A stretch of DNA of 63,503 nt, filler included, from 8 parts of 8 records of this genome joined end to end with filler, not necessarily neighbours in it, one strand, 5' to 3'. Positions 49,360 to 61,035 are shown, counted from the first letter of the whole stretch. The notes: generated from the letters alone by a model not told the origin. A program made the numbers and translations.

Positions 49360-50405
49360 GCGCTGCGGGGCATCGTGAATGTAAACCGCGTTCCGGCCTC
49401 GTCCGAGGCCAGATGCATCGCGCCGCCGTGCGCACGTGCGATCTGGTCAGCGATGTACAGGCCCAACCCCAGCCCTTTTTGATCTTCGTCCGGTTCGAAC
49501 CCCGAGAACGGTTCGAAAATACCGATTTGACGCTCGGCAGGGATCGGAGTCCCGCTGTTGTGGACGCACAGGACAAAATGATCGCGTTTGTCCGTGACGC
49601 GCAACCGCACGGGTTCGGCATTGTCGCCATGTGTCGCGGCATTTGACAGCAGGTTCGACACCAGCTGTGTGATCCTCATGCTGTCGACCCGCACCGGATC
49701 GGCAAAGTCGAATTCGGCTTCGAACCGGGTCTGCGGGTGGGCCAGCCGGATTTCCTCGAGAGTTTGGTTCAGGACCTTGTGCAACGCGCAGTCTGTCGGG
49801 GTCGCAAGGTTGATGCCATTGCCCAGCCGTGCGCGGGCAAAATCCATCATGTCGTTGATCAGGGCAGACATACGGGCGACCGAATCCTGGATGCCGACCA
49901 TCAGTTGCTGCTTGGTGGGGTCTTCTTCCTTGCGCTGCAACATCCGGGTCGCGGCGTTGATTGCGGCCAGCGGGTTACGCAGGTCGTGGCCCAGGATCGC
50001 GATGAATTGCTCACGAAAACGGGCCTCTTCCTCGCGGTTCTTCAGGTTTGCGCGGTTCAGCTTGTCTTCGGTGACGTCGCGGGCTGAACAATAGAACCTG
50101 TCGCCTTCGGGAACACAGTTCCATGACAGCCAGCGATAGCTGCCGTCCTGATGGCGATAGCGGTTCTCAAAGCCCATGATCGGCTTGCCGCGCTGGATGA
50201 TCTGAAAGGCAGTTTCGGTTCTGGCGATGTCATCGGGGTGAACAATTTGGAAAAATTCCTGTGACTCGACTTCGTGGGCACGCCAGCCCAAAACCCTGTA
50301 CCAGGCAGGGTTGGTGTTTTCGAATTTGCCGCTGGCACTGAGCACACCCAATATGTCCGGTGTGATGTGCCAGGTCAGACTGTATTTTTCGAAAGAATCT
50401 GGCAT
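49356..50405 (-). CDS. Orphan PAS-domain histidine kinase
   Basis: VHPDD, YRHQDGSYRWLSW, GHDLRNPL, NLLSNA, GLGLGLYI; start at MPDSF. Confidence 0.9.
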   Translation of the reverse strand: MPDSFEKYSLTWHITPDILGVLSASGKFENTNPAWYRVLGWRAHEVESQEFFQIVHPDDIARTETAFQIIQRGKPIMGFENRYRHQDGSYRWLSWNCVPEGDRFYCSARDVTEDKLNRANLKNREEEARFREQFIAILGHDLRNPLAAINAATRMLQRKEEDPTKQQLMVGIQDSVARMSALINDMMDFARARLGNGINLATPTDCALHKVLNQTLEEIRLAHPQTRFEAEFDFADPVRVDSMRITQLVSNLLSNAATHGDNAEPVRLRVTDKRDHFVLCVHNSGTPIPAERQIGIFEPFSGFEPDEDQKGLGLGLYIADQIARAHGGAMHLASDEAGTRFTFTMPRSA

Positions 50406-50549
50406 CTGGCAGGCTCGTTTCAGAAGTGAGTTTACAGCGGATCGGCAGTTGAAAGCCCTTGATATAACAATGCAAATCAAGGGCTGCCAAAGGTCATACG
50501 ATGCGCCGAGATTCGACGCAAATGGTTAATCGCATAGGTTGCGTTCGCG

Positions 50550-51380
50550 TCAGTCGCGCCCGGGTGCGGCGGGATAGACCCCCAGAATGTCGATCATGTT
50601 GGTGAAATAATCCAACTCTTCCAAAGCCCGCGCCACGCCGGGATCTTCGGGGTGACCCTCGATGTCTGCGTAAAACTGGGTCGCGGTGAACGCGCCGCCC
50701 ACCATATAGCTTTCCAGCTTGGTCATGTTGATTCCGTTGGTCGCAAAGCCACCCATCGCCTTGTAAAGGGCTGCGGGAATGTTGCGCACCTCAAAGACAA
50801 AGGTGGTAATCATGCGATCGGCACGGCGGCTGTAGTCGGCCTGCGGCGCCATCAGCAGGAATCGCGTCGTGTTGTGGCCTTGGTCCTCGATGTCGTTGGC
50901 CAGAACGGTCAGCCCGTGAATCTCTGCCGCGACCTTCGAGGCCAACGCGCCAACGCCCATTTCTCCAGAGGCCGCGATGTCGGCCGCGGCGCCGGCGCTG
51001 TCGGCTGCGGTTTCGGCTGTGATTCCATGGGCATTCAAAAAGGCACGTGCTTGCGGAATCAGTACCATATGCGCACGCACATGCTTGATGTCGTCCAGTG
51101 TCTGGCCGGGGTTTGCCATCACGGCAATGCGCACGCGGACAAAGGCTTCGCCGACGATACGCAGCCCCGATTGAGGCAACAGCCGGTGAATGTCGGCCAC
51201 GCGGCCATAGGTGGTGTTCTCAACCGGCAACATGGCCAGATCGGCGGCACCGCTGTTCACGGCATCAATCACGTCGTCAAAGGTGGTGCAGGGCACGGGA
51301 ATCGCCCCGGGCCGTGCATTCAGGCAGGCTTCGTGACTGTAGGCGCCCAGATCTCCCTGAAAGGCGATACGTTCCGGCAT
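50550..51380 (-). CDS. pheA: Prephenate dehydratase
   Basis: IAFQGDLGAYSH, PVENTTYGRV, NTTRF, NMTKLES. Confidence 0.95.
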   Translation of the reverse strand: MPERIAFQGDLGAYSHEACLNARPGAIPVPCTTFDDVIDAVNSGAADLAMLPVENTTYGRVADIHRLLPQSGLRIVGEAFVRVRIAVMANPGQTLDDIKHVRAHMVLIPQARAFLNAHGITAETAADSAGAAADIAASGEMGVGALASKVAAEIHGLTVLANDIEDQGHNTTRFLLMAPQADYSRRADRMITTFVFEVRNIPAALYKAMGGFATNGINMTKLESYMVGGAFTATQFYADIEGHPEDPGVARALEELDYFTNMIDILGVYPAAPGRD

Positions 51381-51512
51381 GATTGGTCCTTTGTCGTAGG
51401 CCCCGCGATGATTTGCGGGGGCAGGGCGATTGGTCGCGGTAACTACACCTTGCCACAGCCAAGGGGAAGCCGTAGAAACCGCGCCAAACCCATAGACGTG
51501 GATGCGAGACAA

Positions 51513-52016
51513 ATGTTCGACACTATGACGACGACAAAGGTGGCCGGGGCGCTGTGTGGCGCGCTTCTTATTTTCCTGCTGGGCAAGTGGGCAGCCGAAG
51601 GGCTGTATCACCCTGCAAGCCATGGCGAGGCGGCCTATGTCATCGAAGTGGCTGACGCAGGTGGCGATGCCGCCCCTGCCGAAGAGGTGAACTTTGACGA
51701 GCTGATGGCCAATGCCGACGTCGAAAGCGGCGCCAAGGTTTTCCGCAAATGTTCGGCGTGCCACAAGCTTGACGACACGAATGGCACGGGTCCGCACCTT
51801 GACGGTCTTGTCGGTCGTGATGTCGGTTCGGTTCCGGGCTTCAGCTACTCGGCAGCGATGGCAGGCCACGGCGGTGTGTGGACACCCGAGGAAATCAGCC
51901 ACTTCATCGAAAACCCGCGTGGTTATATCTCGGGCACAGCGATGGGCTTTGCCGGTCTGAAAAAGCCGCAGGATCGTGCGGACGTGATCGCCTATATTCA
52001 AAGCGTTTCGAACTGA
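51513..52016 (+). CDS. Membrane-anchored class I cytochrome c (cytochrome cy/cM-like)
   Basis: N-terminal TM (MFDTMT...), CSACH, GPHLDG, GTAMGFAGLKK. Confidence 0.93.
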   Translation: MFDTMTTTKVAGALCGALLIFLLGKWAAEGLYHPASHGEAAYVIEVADAGGDAAPAEEVNFDELMANADVESGAKVFRKCSACHKLDDTNGTGPHLDGLVGRDVGSVPGFSYSAAMAGHGGVWTPEEISHFIENPRGYISGTAMGFAGLKKPQDRADVIAYIQSVSN

Positions 52017-52040
52017 TCGAACCGTTATTTGTAGAGTGTC

Positions 52041-52073
52041 AAAGGCCGCTTGCATCCCGCAGGCGGCCTTTTT
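52041..52073 (+). terminator. Intrinsic terminator
   Basis: AAAGGCCGCTTGC-atccc-GCAGGCGGCCTTTTT. Confidence 0.8.
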
Positions 52074-52218
52074 CGTGCGCTCTGGTTTTTAATTGACGTT
52101 TCACCGCCGTTCACGGAAACGCAACTTGTATCCGGTGCGGCTGGCCCTTTAGCGTAGATGTGCCATATTGCGTTGAAACCAACGCCAAAAACGACCCCCA
52201 CCAAGGAGGACAGGTATC

Positions 52219-54201
52219 ATGATGTTACGCCACCGCAGCCCCAAGGCCCGCGCTATCGCCAGGGCCTGTCGCACCACGACGGACAAAAGTGTTTGGGCCG
52301 CAGGTTTGGCATTGATGTTGGCGTTGCTGCTGGCCTTGCCTGTCTGGGCCGACGATGCGGCGGCCACGGATGCCAATGCCGCGACGGACGAAAAGATCAT
52401 CGATACCTATGGTTACTCTTTCTACGGCGACTTGAGCTATCCCGAGGATTACAAACATTTTTCCTATGTGAACCCGGATGCGCCCAAGGGTGGTGAAATC
52501 TCGCTGGGCGTGGTGGGCACCTTTGATTCGATGAACCCCTACACCCGCAAGGGACGCGCCGGGGCGCTTTCGTCGATGATGTATGAAAGCCTGCTGGGCG
52601 AGGGGCCAACCGGCGCTGCGGTGCCTGCGGATGTCTATGCCGAATCCTACGGGTTGCTGGCGGAAAGCCTGGAATACGACGAAGGCAAGAACTGGGTGAT
52701 TTTTCACATGCGCCCCGAGGCAAAGTTCTCGGATGGCACGCCGGTCACTGCCTATGACATCGAGTTTTCGCACAACCTGCTCTTGGACGAGGGGCTGAAA
52801 TCCTATGCCGATGGGGTCCGCAAGCGTATCCCCAAGGTCGAGGTGATCGACGATCACACCATCAAGTTCTATTTCGCCCCCGGCATTTCGCGACGCACAT
52901 TGATTGATCAGGTCGGAGCGGTGCCCGCATGGTCAAAGGCGTGGTACGAAAAGACCGGCGCGGGCCTGAACGAGGGCCGCATGGATGTGTCACCCGGTTC
53001 TGGTCCCTATGTCATAGACAGCGTCGATGTGAACCGCCGTATCGTCTACAAACGTAACCCGGACTATTGGGGCAATGATCTGCCGTTCAACGTGGGCCGG
53101 AACAACTTTGATCAGATCCGCATAGAATACTTCGGTGACGACACAGCGTCCTTCGAGGCCTTCAAGGCTGGCGTTTATACCTTCCGTCGCGAGAGTGATT
53201 CCAAGAAATGGGCGACCGGCTATGATTTCCCCAAGGTGGAAAGCGGCGCGATCAAGGTCGAGGATCTGCCAGACGGCTCGCCTCCCACACCCACGGGTAT
53301 CGTGTTCAACCTTGGGTCAGAACCGCTGAAGGACCGTCGCGTGCGTCAGGCACTGGCTTTGGCCTTCAACTTTGAATGGACCAACGAAAGCCTGCAGTAT
53401 GGCCTGTTCGAACAGCGTGCCTCATACACTCAGGACACTGACGTGATGGCAAACGGCGTGCCCGAAGGGGCCGAGCTGGAACTGTTGAAAAGTCTTGGCG
53501 ATCTGGTCCCGCCCGAGATGTTGACCGAGCCTGCGCTTGTCCCCCACACCTCCAGCCCCGAGCGTTTGCTGGACCGGCGCAACACCCGCGCCGCGATGAA
53601 GCTGCTGGACGACGCAGGATGGGCCGTGGGGAGCGATGGTATTCGCCGCAATGCCAAAGGCGAGGCTTTGAAGCTCAACTTCCTGTTCAACTCGTCGGCG
53701 TCTGGCACGCTGTCGGGGGTGATGGAAAACTATGTCTCGAACGTGAAAAAGCTGGGCGTCGACATCACCTTGGAAAAAGTTGATCCGTCGCAATACACCA
53801 ACCGCGAGCGGGACCGTGATTATGATCTGGTCTATGACCAGTACCTGACATTCCTGATTGCCCACACCGGGCTGGATCAGGCCTATGGTTCGGAATCATC
53901 GGCCTTCTCGCTGTTCAACCCCGCCGGTCTGTCCAGCCCGTTGGTCGATGCGATCATCGATGCGGGTCTGAACGCACCGGACAGCGCCAACGAAAAGACC
54001 GCCTTGATGGCGTTGGACCGTGCGCTGCGCTACGAATTCTTCATGATCCCGGTCTGGTACAATCCCAGCCACTGGGTTGCCTATTACGACCAGTACGAAC
54101 ACCCCGATGTCATCCCGCCCTTTGAATTGGGGTACATGGATTTCTGGTGGTACAATCAGGACAAAGCCGACGCCCTGCGCGCGTCGGGCGCGCTGAGGTA
54201 G
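52219..54201 (+). CDS. yejA: Yej-type peptide ABC transporter binding protein
   Basis: HFSYVNPDAPKGG, GTFDSMNP, YGLLAE; first gene of a yejABEF-like operon. Confidence 0.9.
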   Translation: MMLRHRSPKARAIARACRTTTDKSVWAAGLALMLALLLALPVWADDAAATDANAATDEKIIDTYGYSFYGDLSYPEDYKHFSYVNPDAPKGGEISLGVVGTFDSMNPYTRKGRAGALSSMMYESLLGEGPTGAAVPADVYAESYGLLAESLEYDEGKNWVIFHMRPEAKFSDGTPVTAYDIEFSHNLLLDEGLKSYADGVRKRIPKVEVIDDHTIKFYFAPGISRRTLIDQVGAVPAWSKAWYEKTGAGLNEGRMDVSPGSGPYVIDSVDVNRRIVYKRNPDYWGNDLPFNVGRNNFDQIRIEYFGDDTASFEAFKAGVYTFRRESDSKKWATGYDFPKVESGAIKVEDLPDGSPPTPTGIVFNLGSEPLKDRRVRQALALAFNFEWTNESLQYGLFEQRASYTQDTDVMANGVPEGAELELLKSLGDLVPPEMLTEPALVPHTSSPERLLDRRNTRAAMKLLDDAGWAVGSDGIRRNAKGEALKLNFLFNSSASGTLSGVMENYVSNVKKLGVDITLEKVDPSQYTNRERDRDYDLVYDQYLTFLIAHTGLDQAYGSESSAFSLFNPAGLSSPLVDAIIDAGLNAPDSANEKTALMALDRALRYEFFMIPVWYNPSHWVAYYDQYEHPDVIPPFELGYMDFWWYNQDKADALRASGALR

Positions 54202-54204
54202 CAG

Positions 54205-55299
54205 ATGGGTGCCTATATTCTAAGACGGCTGGCGTTGGTCATACCGACGCTGCTGGGTATCCTTTTGGTCAACTTCGTGCTGACGCAATTTGTGCCCGGC
54301 GGTCCGGTCGAACAGGCCATCGCCCGCGCCCAGGGCGGCGGTGATGTGTTCGAGGGGTTTGCCGGTGGTAACAACGACGCCGGTGGCATGGACGCGCTGA
54401 ACACCGCGTCGGACAGCAAATACATCGGCGCCCGCGGCCTGCCGCCCGAGTTCATCAAGGAGCTTGAGAAAGAGTTCGGCTTTGACAAGCCGCCTGCAGA
54501 GCGGTTCTTGCGGATGATCTGGAACTATATGCGCTTTGATTTCGGCGAGAGCTATTTCAGATCGGTCAGCGTGGTCGATCTGATCATCGAAAAGCTGCCC
54601 GTGTCGATCACGCTGGGGCTTTGGTCGACGCTGATCGCCTATATGATCTCGATTCCGCTCGGCATCCGAAAGGCAGTCAGGGACGGGTCTAAATTCGACA
54701 CGTGGACGTCGGGCGCCATCATTGCCGCCTATGCCATCCCCGGCTTCCTGTTCGCGATCCTGCTGCTGGTGCTGTTTGCCGGTGGGTCCTATTGGCAGAT
54801 ATTCCCGCTGCGCGGCCTGACGTCGGACGATTTTCACACGCTCAGCGCATGGGGCAAGGTCAAGGACTACGCCTGGCACATCACGTTGCCGGTTCTGGCC
54901 AGCACCATCGGTGCCTTTGCAACGCTGACCCTGCTGACCAAGAACAGCTTTCTCGACGAGATCAAGAAACACTATGTCATGACCGCCCGCGCCAAGGGGT
55001 TGTCGGAACGCCGCGTGCTTTATGGCCACGTGTTCCGCAACGCCATGCTGATCGTGATCGCCGGCTTTCCGGCGGTGTTTATCGGCGTGTTCTTTGGCGG
55101 TTCGATCATTATCGAGACGATCTTTTCGCTGGATGGCTTGGGGCGTCTGGGCTTTGAGGCTGCGGTGGCGCGCGACTATCCGATCGTATTCGGCACGCTG
55201 TTCATCTTTGGCCTGATCGGTCTGGTAGTCGGCATCCTGTCGGACCTGATGTATGTGCTGGTCGATCCGCGCATTGATTTCGAGCGGAGGGAAGGCTGA
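54205..55299 (+). CDS. yejB: Yej ABC permease
   Basis: [38 protein letters not shown]. Confidence 0.95.
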   Translation: MGAYILRRLALVIPTLLGILLVNFVLTQFVPGGPVEQAIARAQGGGDVFEGFAGGNNDAGGMDALNTASDSKYIGARGLPPEFIKELEKEFGFDKPPAERFLRMIWNYMRFDFGESYFRSVSVVDLIIEKLPVSITLGLWSTLIAYMISIPLGIRKAVRDGSKFDTWTSGAIIAAYAIPGFLFAILLLVLFAGGSYWQIFPLRGLTSDDFHTLSAWGKVKDYAWHITLPVLASTIGAFATLTLLTKNSFLDEIKKHYVMTARAKGLSERRVLYGHVFRNAMLIVIAGFPAVFIGVFFGGSIIIETIFSLDGLGRLGFEAAVARDYPIVFGTLFIFGLIGLVVGILSDLMYVLVDPRIDFERREG

Positions 55300-56465
55300 T
55301 GGTGCACGAAACCGATCCTGCCATCGCGCAACCGGTTCTGGCCCCGCGTCGCCGGACTTTTGGCCTGTCCCCGCTGAACAAGCGCCGCTGGAACAATTTC
55401 AAGAAAAACCGCCGCGCCTTCTGGTCGCTGTGTATTTTCGCGGTGCTGTTCGGGCTGAGCCTGTTCGCCGAGTTTCTGGCCAACGACAAACCGATTCTCG
55501 TCCGGTATCAGGGCGAGTTCTACACGCCGATCTGGCACTTTTACCCTGAAACCGACTTTGGCGGCGATTTCCAGACCGAGGCCGTTTACCGCGACCCCGA
55601 GGTGAAATGCCTGATCGCCACGGGCGGTATGGATGCCTGTTTCGACGATCCCGACGCACTGATACTCGATGCGGCAGACGGCGAGATTGACGGACAGAAG
55701 ATTGACCGCGGCTGGGCCGTCTGGCCGCTGATCCCCTATTCGTTCAACACCGCCGTAGACCGTCCCGGCGCGGCACCTTTGCCACCAAACCGTCAGAACC
55801 TGCTCGGCACCGACGCGACCAAGCGTGACGTGCTGGCGCGGGTCATCCACGGGTTCCGGCTGTCAATTCTATTCACGCTGATCGTCACCGGAGTGGCCAG
55901 CATCATCGGGATCATCGCGGGCGCGGTGCAGGGATTTTTCGGTGGCTGGGTCGACCTGATCTTTCAACGGATCATCGAGATCTGGTCTTCGACGCCAAGC
56001 CTGTATGTCATCATCATCATGTTTGCGATATTGGGGCGCAGTTTCTGGCTGCTTGTGTTCCTGCTTGTGCTGTTCAGTTGGACGGGTCTGGTCGGCGTGG
56101 TGCGCGCCGAATTCCTGCGTGCCCGCAACCTGGAATATGTGCGTGCGGCGCGGGCGCTGGGCGTGGGGAACGTGACGATCATGTTCCGTCACATGCTGCC
56201 CAACGCGATGGTGGCGACGCTGACCATGCTGCCGTTCATCATCACCGGCACGATTTCATCCTTGGCGGTGCTCGATTTCCTCGGCTTTGGCCTGCCCTCA
56301 TCGGCGCCTTCGCTGGGCGAGCTGACCTTGCAGGCCAAGCAGAACCTGCAGGCACCGTGGCTGGCCTTTACCGCCTTCACCGTGTTCGCGGTGATGCTGT
56401 CGCTGTTGATCTTTATCTTTGAGGGCATCCGCGATGCCTTTGATCCGCGAAAGACGTTTTCATGA
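55299..56465 (+). CDS. yejE: Yej ABC permease
   Basis: [34 protein letters not shown]. Confidence 0.93.
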   Translation: MVHETDPAIAQPVLAPRRRTFGLSPLNKRRWNNFKKNRRAFWSLCIFAVLFGLSLFAEFLANDKPILVRYQGEFYTPIWHFYPETDFGGDFQTEAVYRDPEVKCLIATGGMDACFDDPDALILDAADGEIDGQKIDRGWAVWPLIPYSFNTAVDRPGAAPLPPNRQNLLGTDATKRDVLARVIHGFRLSILFTLIVTGVASIIGIIAGAVQGFFGGWVDLIFQRIIEIWSSTPSLYVIIIMFAILGRSFWLLVFLLVLFSWTGLVGVVRAEFLRARNLEYVRAARALGVGNVTIMFRHMLPNAMVATLTMLPFIITGTISSLAVLDFLGFGLPSSAPSLGELTLQAKQNLQAPWLAFTAFTVFAVMLSLLIFIFEGIRDAFDPRKTFS

Positions 56466-57014
56466 CTGATCCCATCCTCAAGGTGGAAAACCTGCGCGTG
56501 TCCTTCCGGCAGGACGGCGCGCTGACCGATGCGGTCAAGGGCGTGTCGTTCAGCGTCGCGCGTGGTGAAACCGTGGCTCTGGTGGGCGAAAGCGGCTCGG
56601 GCAAGTCTGTATCGGCGCTGTCCACCGTGTCCCTGCTGGGCGACAGCGCGCAGGTGTCCGGGTCTGTCACGTACGACGGGCAGGAAATGATCGGCGCCAG
56701 CGATGCGCTGCTGCGCAAGGTGCGGGGCAACGACATTTCCTTCATCTTCCAGGAACCGATGACCTCGCTCAATCCGCTGCACACCATTGAAAAGCAGTTG
56801 ACCGAAAGCCTGGCCCTGCATCAGGGGCTGACAGGCAAGGCCGCGCGTGCGCGTATTCTGGAACTGATGGACAAGGTCGGCATTCGCGACGCCGAAAGCC
56901 GTCTGGGTGCCTATCCGCACCAGCTGTCCGGCGGGCAACGGCAGCGGGTGATGATCGCAATGGCGCTGGCCAACCAGCCCGACGTGCTGATCGCGGACGA
57001 ACCCACCACGGCGC
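56462..57014 (+). CDS. yejF: Yej ABC ATPase (partial)
   Basis: [32 protein letters not shown]. Confidence 0.88.
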
Positions 57015-57114
57015 NNNNNNNNNNNNNNNNNNNNNNNNNNNNNNNNNNNNNNNNNNNNTTAATTAATTAANNNNNNNNNNNNNNNNNNNNNNNNNNNNNN
57101 NNNNNNNNNNNNNN

Positions 57115-57729
57115 ACGCGAGTAGAATTCGACGACCAGGTTCGGTTCCATCTGGACCGGGTACGGCACATCCGAGAGGGCCGGCACGCGGACATAGGTCG
57201 CGGTCTGCTTGTTGTGATCGACGTCGATATAGTCGGGCACATCGCGCTCGGCGAGCTGGTTGGCTTCCAGAACCACGGTGAGCTGCTTGGAGCGCTCACG
57301 CACTTCGATCTTGTCGCCGATCTTGACCTGGTAGGACGGGATGTTGACGCGCTGGCCATTGACCATGACATGGCCATGGTTGACGAACTGGCGGGCCGCA
57401 AACACGGTCGGCACGAACTTGGCGCGGTAAACGATGGCGTCCAGGCGCGATTCGAGCAGGCCGATCAGGTTTTCGCCGGTGTCGCCCTTGCGACGATTGG
57501 CTTCTGCATAAAGACGCAGGAAGGCCTTTTCCGTTATCGAACCGTAATAGCCCTTGAGCTTCTGCTTGGCGCGGAGCTGCAGACCAAAATCGCTCAGCTT
57601 GCCCTTGCGGCGCTGACCGTGCTGGCCGGGGCCATAGGCACGGGCATTGAGCGGGGACTTGGGACGGCCCCAGATATTTTCGCCAAGACGGCGGTCAATT
57701 TTGTACTTTGCTGAATGACGCTTCGACAT
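57115..57729 (-). CDS. rpsD: 30S ribosomal protein S4 (stop codon lost at spacer)
   Basis: [41 protein letters not shown]. Confidence 0.98.
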
Positions 57730-57882
57730 CGCGTATCCTTTTTCAAACGTTGAATGGATCGCGCCCTCCTCTGCCCTCGCTTTCACGAGGACCGACAGAC
57801 TCCCAACAGAGAATCCCGGGTGCGCCTATGGGCCGGTTGGCCGGTATAGGTGGGCGCGTCTTAGAGGGGCGGGCCCGGCGAG

Positions 57883-58800
57883 TCAAGCGGTGCGGCCCGA
57901 TGCCCGCCTTTCACGGCGAAACACATAGAGCCCGGACCCCAGGATGATCGCGGTGCCCACCCAAGTCCAGAAATCGGGGAAGTCGCCAAAGGCGATATAG
58001 CCGACAATCGTGGCCCCAACGATTTCGAGATATTGGAACGGCGCCAGGGTGGAGGCCGGCGTGCGCCGGAAGGCTTCGGTAAACAGGAAAAAGGTGAAGG
58101 CGGAGAGCGCCCCCATCAGCACGAATTGCGCCCAGGGACCAGACACATCAAGGCCCGAGGCGGACACCAGCTCCATCCGGCCAAAGGCCAGCAGGCCGGC
58201 GCCGAGCAGGATCACCGCGACCAGGGTGAACCAGAACTGGATCGAGAGCGAACCCATGCGCGTCGAGAGCGATCGCATGACAATGGCATTGGTGGCAAAG
58301 GCCAGCGCGGCCAGCAGCGGCAGGAGCGAGGCCCAGCCGAAGATGTCCCAGCTCGGCCGGATGACCACCAGCACGCCGCCGAGGCCCACGGCAACCGCCA
58401 GATAGCGCCGCCAGCCGGTCTTTTCCTTGAGGAACAGGGCCGAGAGTACGGTGAGCATCAGCGGCTCGACAAAGAAGATCGCAATGGCCGTGGCGATTGG
58501 CATGGTGACAAAGGCGCCAATCAGGGCGCTCAGCGTGATCGCCGAGGTAGCCCCGCCCAGAAGGATCAGCCCCCATGGCCCGCTTTCCAGCCGGCGCCGC
58601 AGCACGACCAGCACCAGCCCGAGCACGATCAGTTGAAAGCCGAAGCGCCAGAAGGCGATTTCAAACGGATTGAGCTGCCCGGTCAGCGATTTGGACAGCG
58701 CATCGCCAATGGGCACGATGGAGACTGCCAACACCATGATCGCCATGCCGCTGCGCGACAGGGCGTGGGCACTGGCAGAGTCTAGAGCCGAATCCGTCAT
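57883..58800 (-). CDS. DMT/EamA family transporter
   Basis: About ten hydrophobic segments; FLKEKTGWRR and PASTLAPFQY. Confidence 0.92.
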   Translation of the reverse strand: MTDSALDSASAHALSRSGMAIMVLAVSIVPIGDALSKSLTGQLNPFEIAFWRFGFQLIVLGLVLVVLRRRLESGPWGLILLGGATSAITLSALIGAFVTMPIATAIAIFFVEPLMLTVLSALFLKEKTGWRRYLAVAVGLGGVLVVIRPSWDIFGWASLLPLLAALAFATNAIVMRSLSTRMGSLSIQFWFTLVAVILLGAGLLAFGRMELVSASGLDVSGPWAQFVLMGALSAFTFFLFTEAFRRTPASTLAPFQYLEIVGATIVGYIAFGDFPDFWTWVGTAIILGSGLYVFRRERRASGRTA

Positions 58801-58820
58801 GGCCCCTGTTTAGCGCAAAC

Positions 58821-60059
58821 TCAGGCCATGCGCTTGTCGATATGCCGCTGATTGCGCAACTGGGGAAAGACGCGGCTCCAGATGACGGCCACGGCCATGG
58901 CGCCAAAGCCGCCAATGACCACCGCAGGCACCGGTCCGATCAGATGCGCCACCGTGCCGGCACGGAATTCGCCAAGCTCGTTCGATGCGCCGATGAACAC
59001 GGAATTGACTGCGTTGACCCGGCCGCGCACCTCTTCTGGCGTCCAGAGCTGCATGATGGTTTCGCGGATGGTGACGCTGACCATGTCGGCCGCGCCCACC
59101 AGCGCCAGAGCGGGAATGGAGACCCAGACCGTGGTCGAGAAGCCGAATATGACGGTGAAGGCGCCGAACAGGCCGACGAACAAGAACAGCACCTTGCCCG
59201 CATGGTCGCGCACCGGAAAACGCGTCAAATAGAGCGCCATGACGATGGCACCCAGCCCCGGCGCGGCGCGCAGCAGCCCAAGTTCGGTCGGCCCGGCATT
59301 GAGAATGTCCTTGGCATAGATCGGCAGCAGCGCCACGGCCCCGCCCATCAAGACGGCAAACATGTCCAGCGATATGGCGCCCAGCACCACCTTGTTGGAA
59401 AAGATGTAGCGAAAGCCGCCGAACATGGTCTCAAGGCTCGTCGCCTGATGCGACTGGCGCTTGGCGGGCTTGGGAATGAGCATCACGGTGACGACGGCGC
59501 AGAGCAGCAACGCTCCGGCCGTGCCGAAGGCAAAGCCGGGGGCAATGCCATAGAGTAGGCCACCGACAGCCGGCCCGGTGATCGAGGCGAACTGCCAGGC
59601 CGAGGCATTGACGGTGATCGCATTACTGAGCGCTTCGGACGGCACCAAATTGGGCGCCAGCGATTGCGCCGCCGGCCCCCAGAAGGCGCGGGCCGTGCCC
59701 AGCACAATGAGGATGATGAAGATCGGCCACACCTCATGGGCCTCGACATTGACCAGTGTCAGGAAAGCCAGCGCGCAGCCGAGTTCGACCGTGAGGCAAA
59801 CCGCCATGATGCCGCGCCGGTTGAACCGGTCGGCGGTCAGCCCGGTGGCCAGAATCAGCAACAGCGCAGGCAGGAACAGGCAGAGGCCCACCAGCCCCAG
59901 CAGGAAGGCATTGCCGGTGACGTCATAGATCTGCCAGGCAATGGATACCGACATGATCTGCACCGCAAAGCTGACCAGCAGCGTGGTCAGCCAGAAAAAG
60001 CGGAAACCGATATAGGTGAAGGCGAGCTTGGATGGCTCGGAGGGGGCGTGTGCGCTCAT
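58821..60059 (-). CDS. MFS transporter
   Basis: GLTADRFNRR, AISLDMFAVL.GG, RGRVNAVNSVFIGASNELG. Confidence 0.93.
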   Translation of the reverse strand: MSAHAPSEPSKLAFTYIGFRFFWLTTLLVSFAVQIMSVSIAWQIYDVTGNAFLLGLVGLCLFLPALLLILATGLTADRFNRRGIMAVCLTVELGCALAFLTLVNVEAHEVWPIFIILIVLGTARAFWGPAAQSLAPNLVPSEALSNAITVNASAWQFASITGPAVGGLLYGIAPGFAFGTAGALLLCAVVTVMLIPKPAKRQSHQATSLETMFGGFRYIFSNKVVLGAISLDMFAVLMGGAVALLPIYAKDILNAGPTELGLLRAAPGLGAIVMALYLTRFPVRDHAGKVLFLFVGLFGAFTVIFGFSTTVWVSIPALALVGAADMVSVTIRETIMQLWTPEEVRGRVNAVNSVFIGASNELGEFRAGTVAHLIGPVPAVVIGGFGAMAVAVIWSRVFPQLRNQRHIDKRMA

Positions 60060-60112
60060 GGTGCATTGCTCATCGCATTTCGGCGATGAACGGTCAAAGG
60101 AATAGACGCAGG

Positions 60113-60159
60113 CCCCTCACCCGCCCCTTCGGGTCGACCCTTCCCCCAAAAGGGAGAGG
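60113..60159. repeat. Rhizobial-type intergenic palindromic repeat (REP/RIME-like)
   Basis: CCCCTCACCCGCCCCTTCGGGTCGACCCTTCCCCCAAAAGGGAGAGG. Confidence 0.55.
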
Positions 60160-60170
60160 CGCAGTCAGCC

Positions 60171-60977
60171 CTACTCCTCCGTCTTTTCCGCCTTTTTCAT
60201 CCGGTTCGGATTGGGCCGCTCGTGGCGGCGGTCGATGGAGGAGATCACCCCGCGCAAAGTGCGGATTTCCTGGCTGGTGAAGCGGCCACGGGTGAGCGCG
60301 GTACGCAGATTGTTGACCATGCTCGGGCGCTTGTCCGGCGTAGTGAAAAAGCCGGACTGGTCCAACACGCCTTCGAGATGTTCGAACAGGCCCACTAATT
60401 CGTTGCGCGGAGCGGCCTCGGCCAGATTGTCGCCAAAGGGCAGCGCCCGGCCCGCCTCGCTGGTGCGGCGCCATTCATAGGACATCAGCAGCACGGCCTG
60501 GGCGATGTTGAGCGAGGCAAAGGCGGCCTCGACCGGCAGTGTGACGATGGCGTCGGCCATGGCCACTTCTTCATTGAGCAGGCCCCAGCGCTCGCGGCCG
60601 AACAAGAGGCCCGCCTGATGCCCGCCGGCAATGTGGCCGGCCATGGCGGACGAGGCCTCCTCGGGGCCGTACACTTCCTTCTGCATATCGCGCGAGCGGG
60701 CGGTGGTGGCATAGACCAGGGTCAGGTCCGCGATCGCCTCTTCCAGCGTGTCGAACACGCGGACCCGCTCCAGCACATGGTCGGCGCGCGAGGCGGCAGC
60801 AACGGCCTTTTCATTGGGCCAGCCATCGCGCGGGCGCACCAGCCGCATGTCCCAAAGCCCGAAATTAGCCATGGCCCGGGCCGCAGAGCCGATATTCTCG
60901 CCAAGCTGCGGCTCACACAGGATGATCGCGGGACAGGGGGCCAGATTGAGAGGTTGTGAGCTGTCTGTGCCGGCCAT
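60171..60977 (-). CDS. trmJ: TrmJ/LasT SPOUT RNA methyltransferase
   Basis: PQLGENIGSAARAMANFG, LFGRERWGL, SLNIAQAV. Confidence 0.9.
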   Translation of the reverse strand: MAGTDSSQPLNLAPCPAIILCEPQLGENIGSAARAMANFGLWDMRLVRPRDGWPNEKAVAAASRADHVLERVRVFDTLEEAIADLTLVYATTARSRDMQKEVYGPEEASSAMAGHIAGGHQAGLLFGRERWGLLNEEVAMADAIVTLPVEAAFASLNIAQAVLLMSYEWRRTSEAGRALPFGDNLAEAAPRNELVGLFEHLEGVLDQSGFFTTPDKRPSMVNNLRTALTRGRFTSQEIRTLRGVISSIDRRHERPNPNRMKKAEKTEE

Positions 60978-61035
60978 GTGTCTTTATCCGCAGGAAAGTT
61001 GCGGCGACATAGCCCAAATGATTGGTTTCAGCAAA

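Noticed and set aside
50550..52055. 501-aa pheA with long N-terminal extension, and 454-aa extended cytochrome c
   Set aside because: Each extension is the antisense of the divergent neighbour. The real starts are 51380 and 51513.
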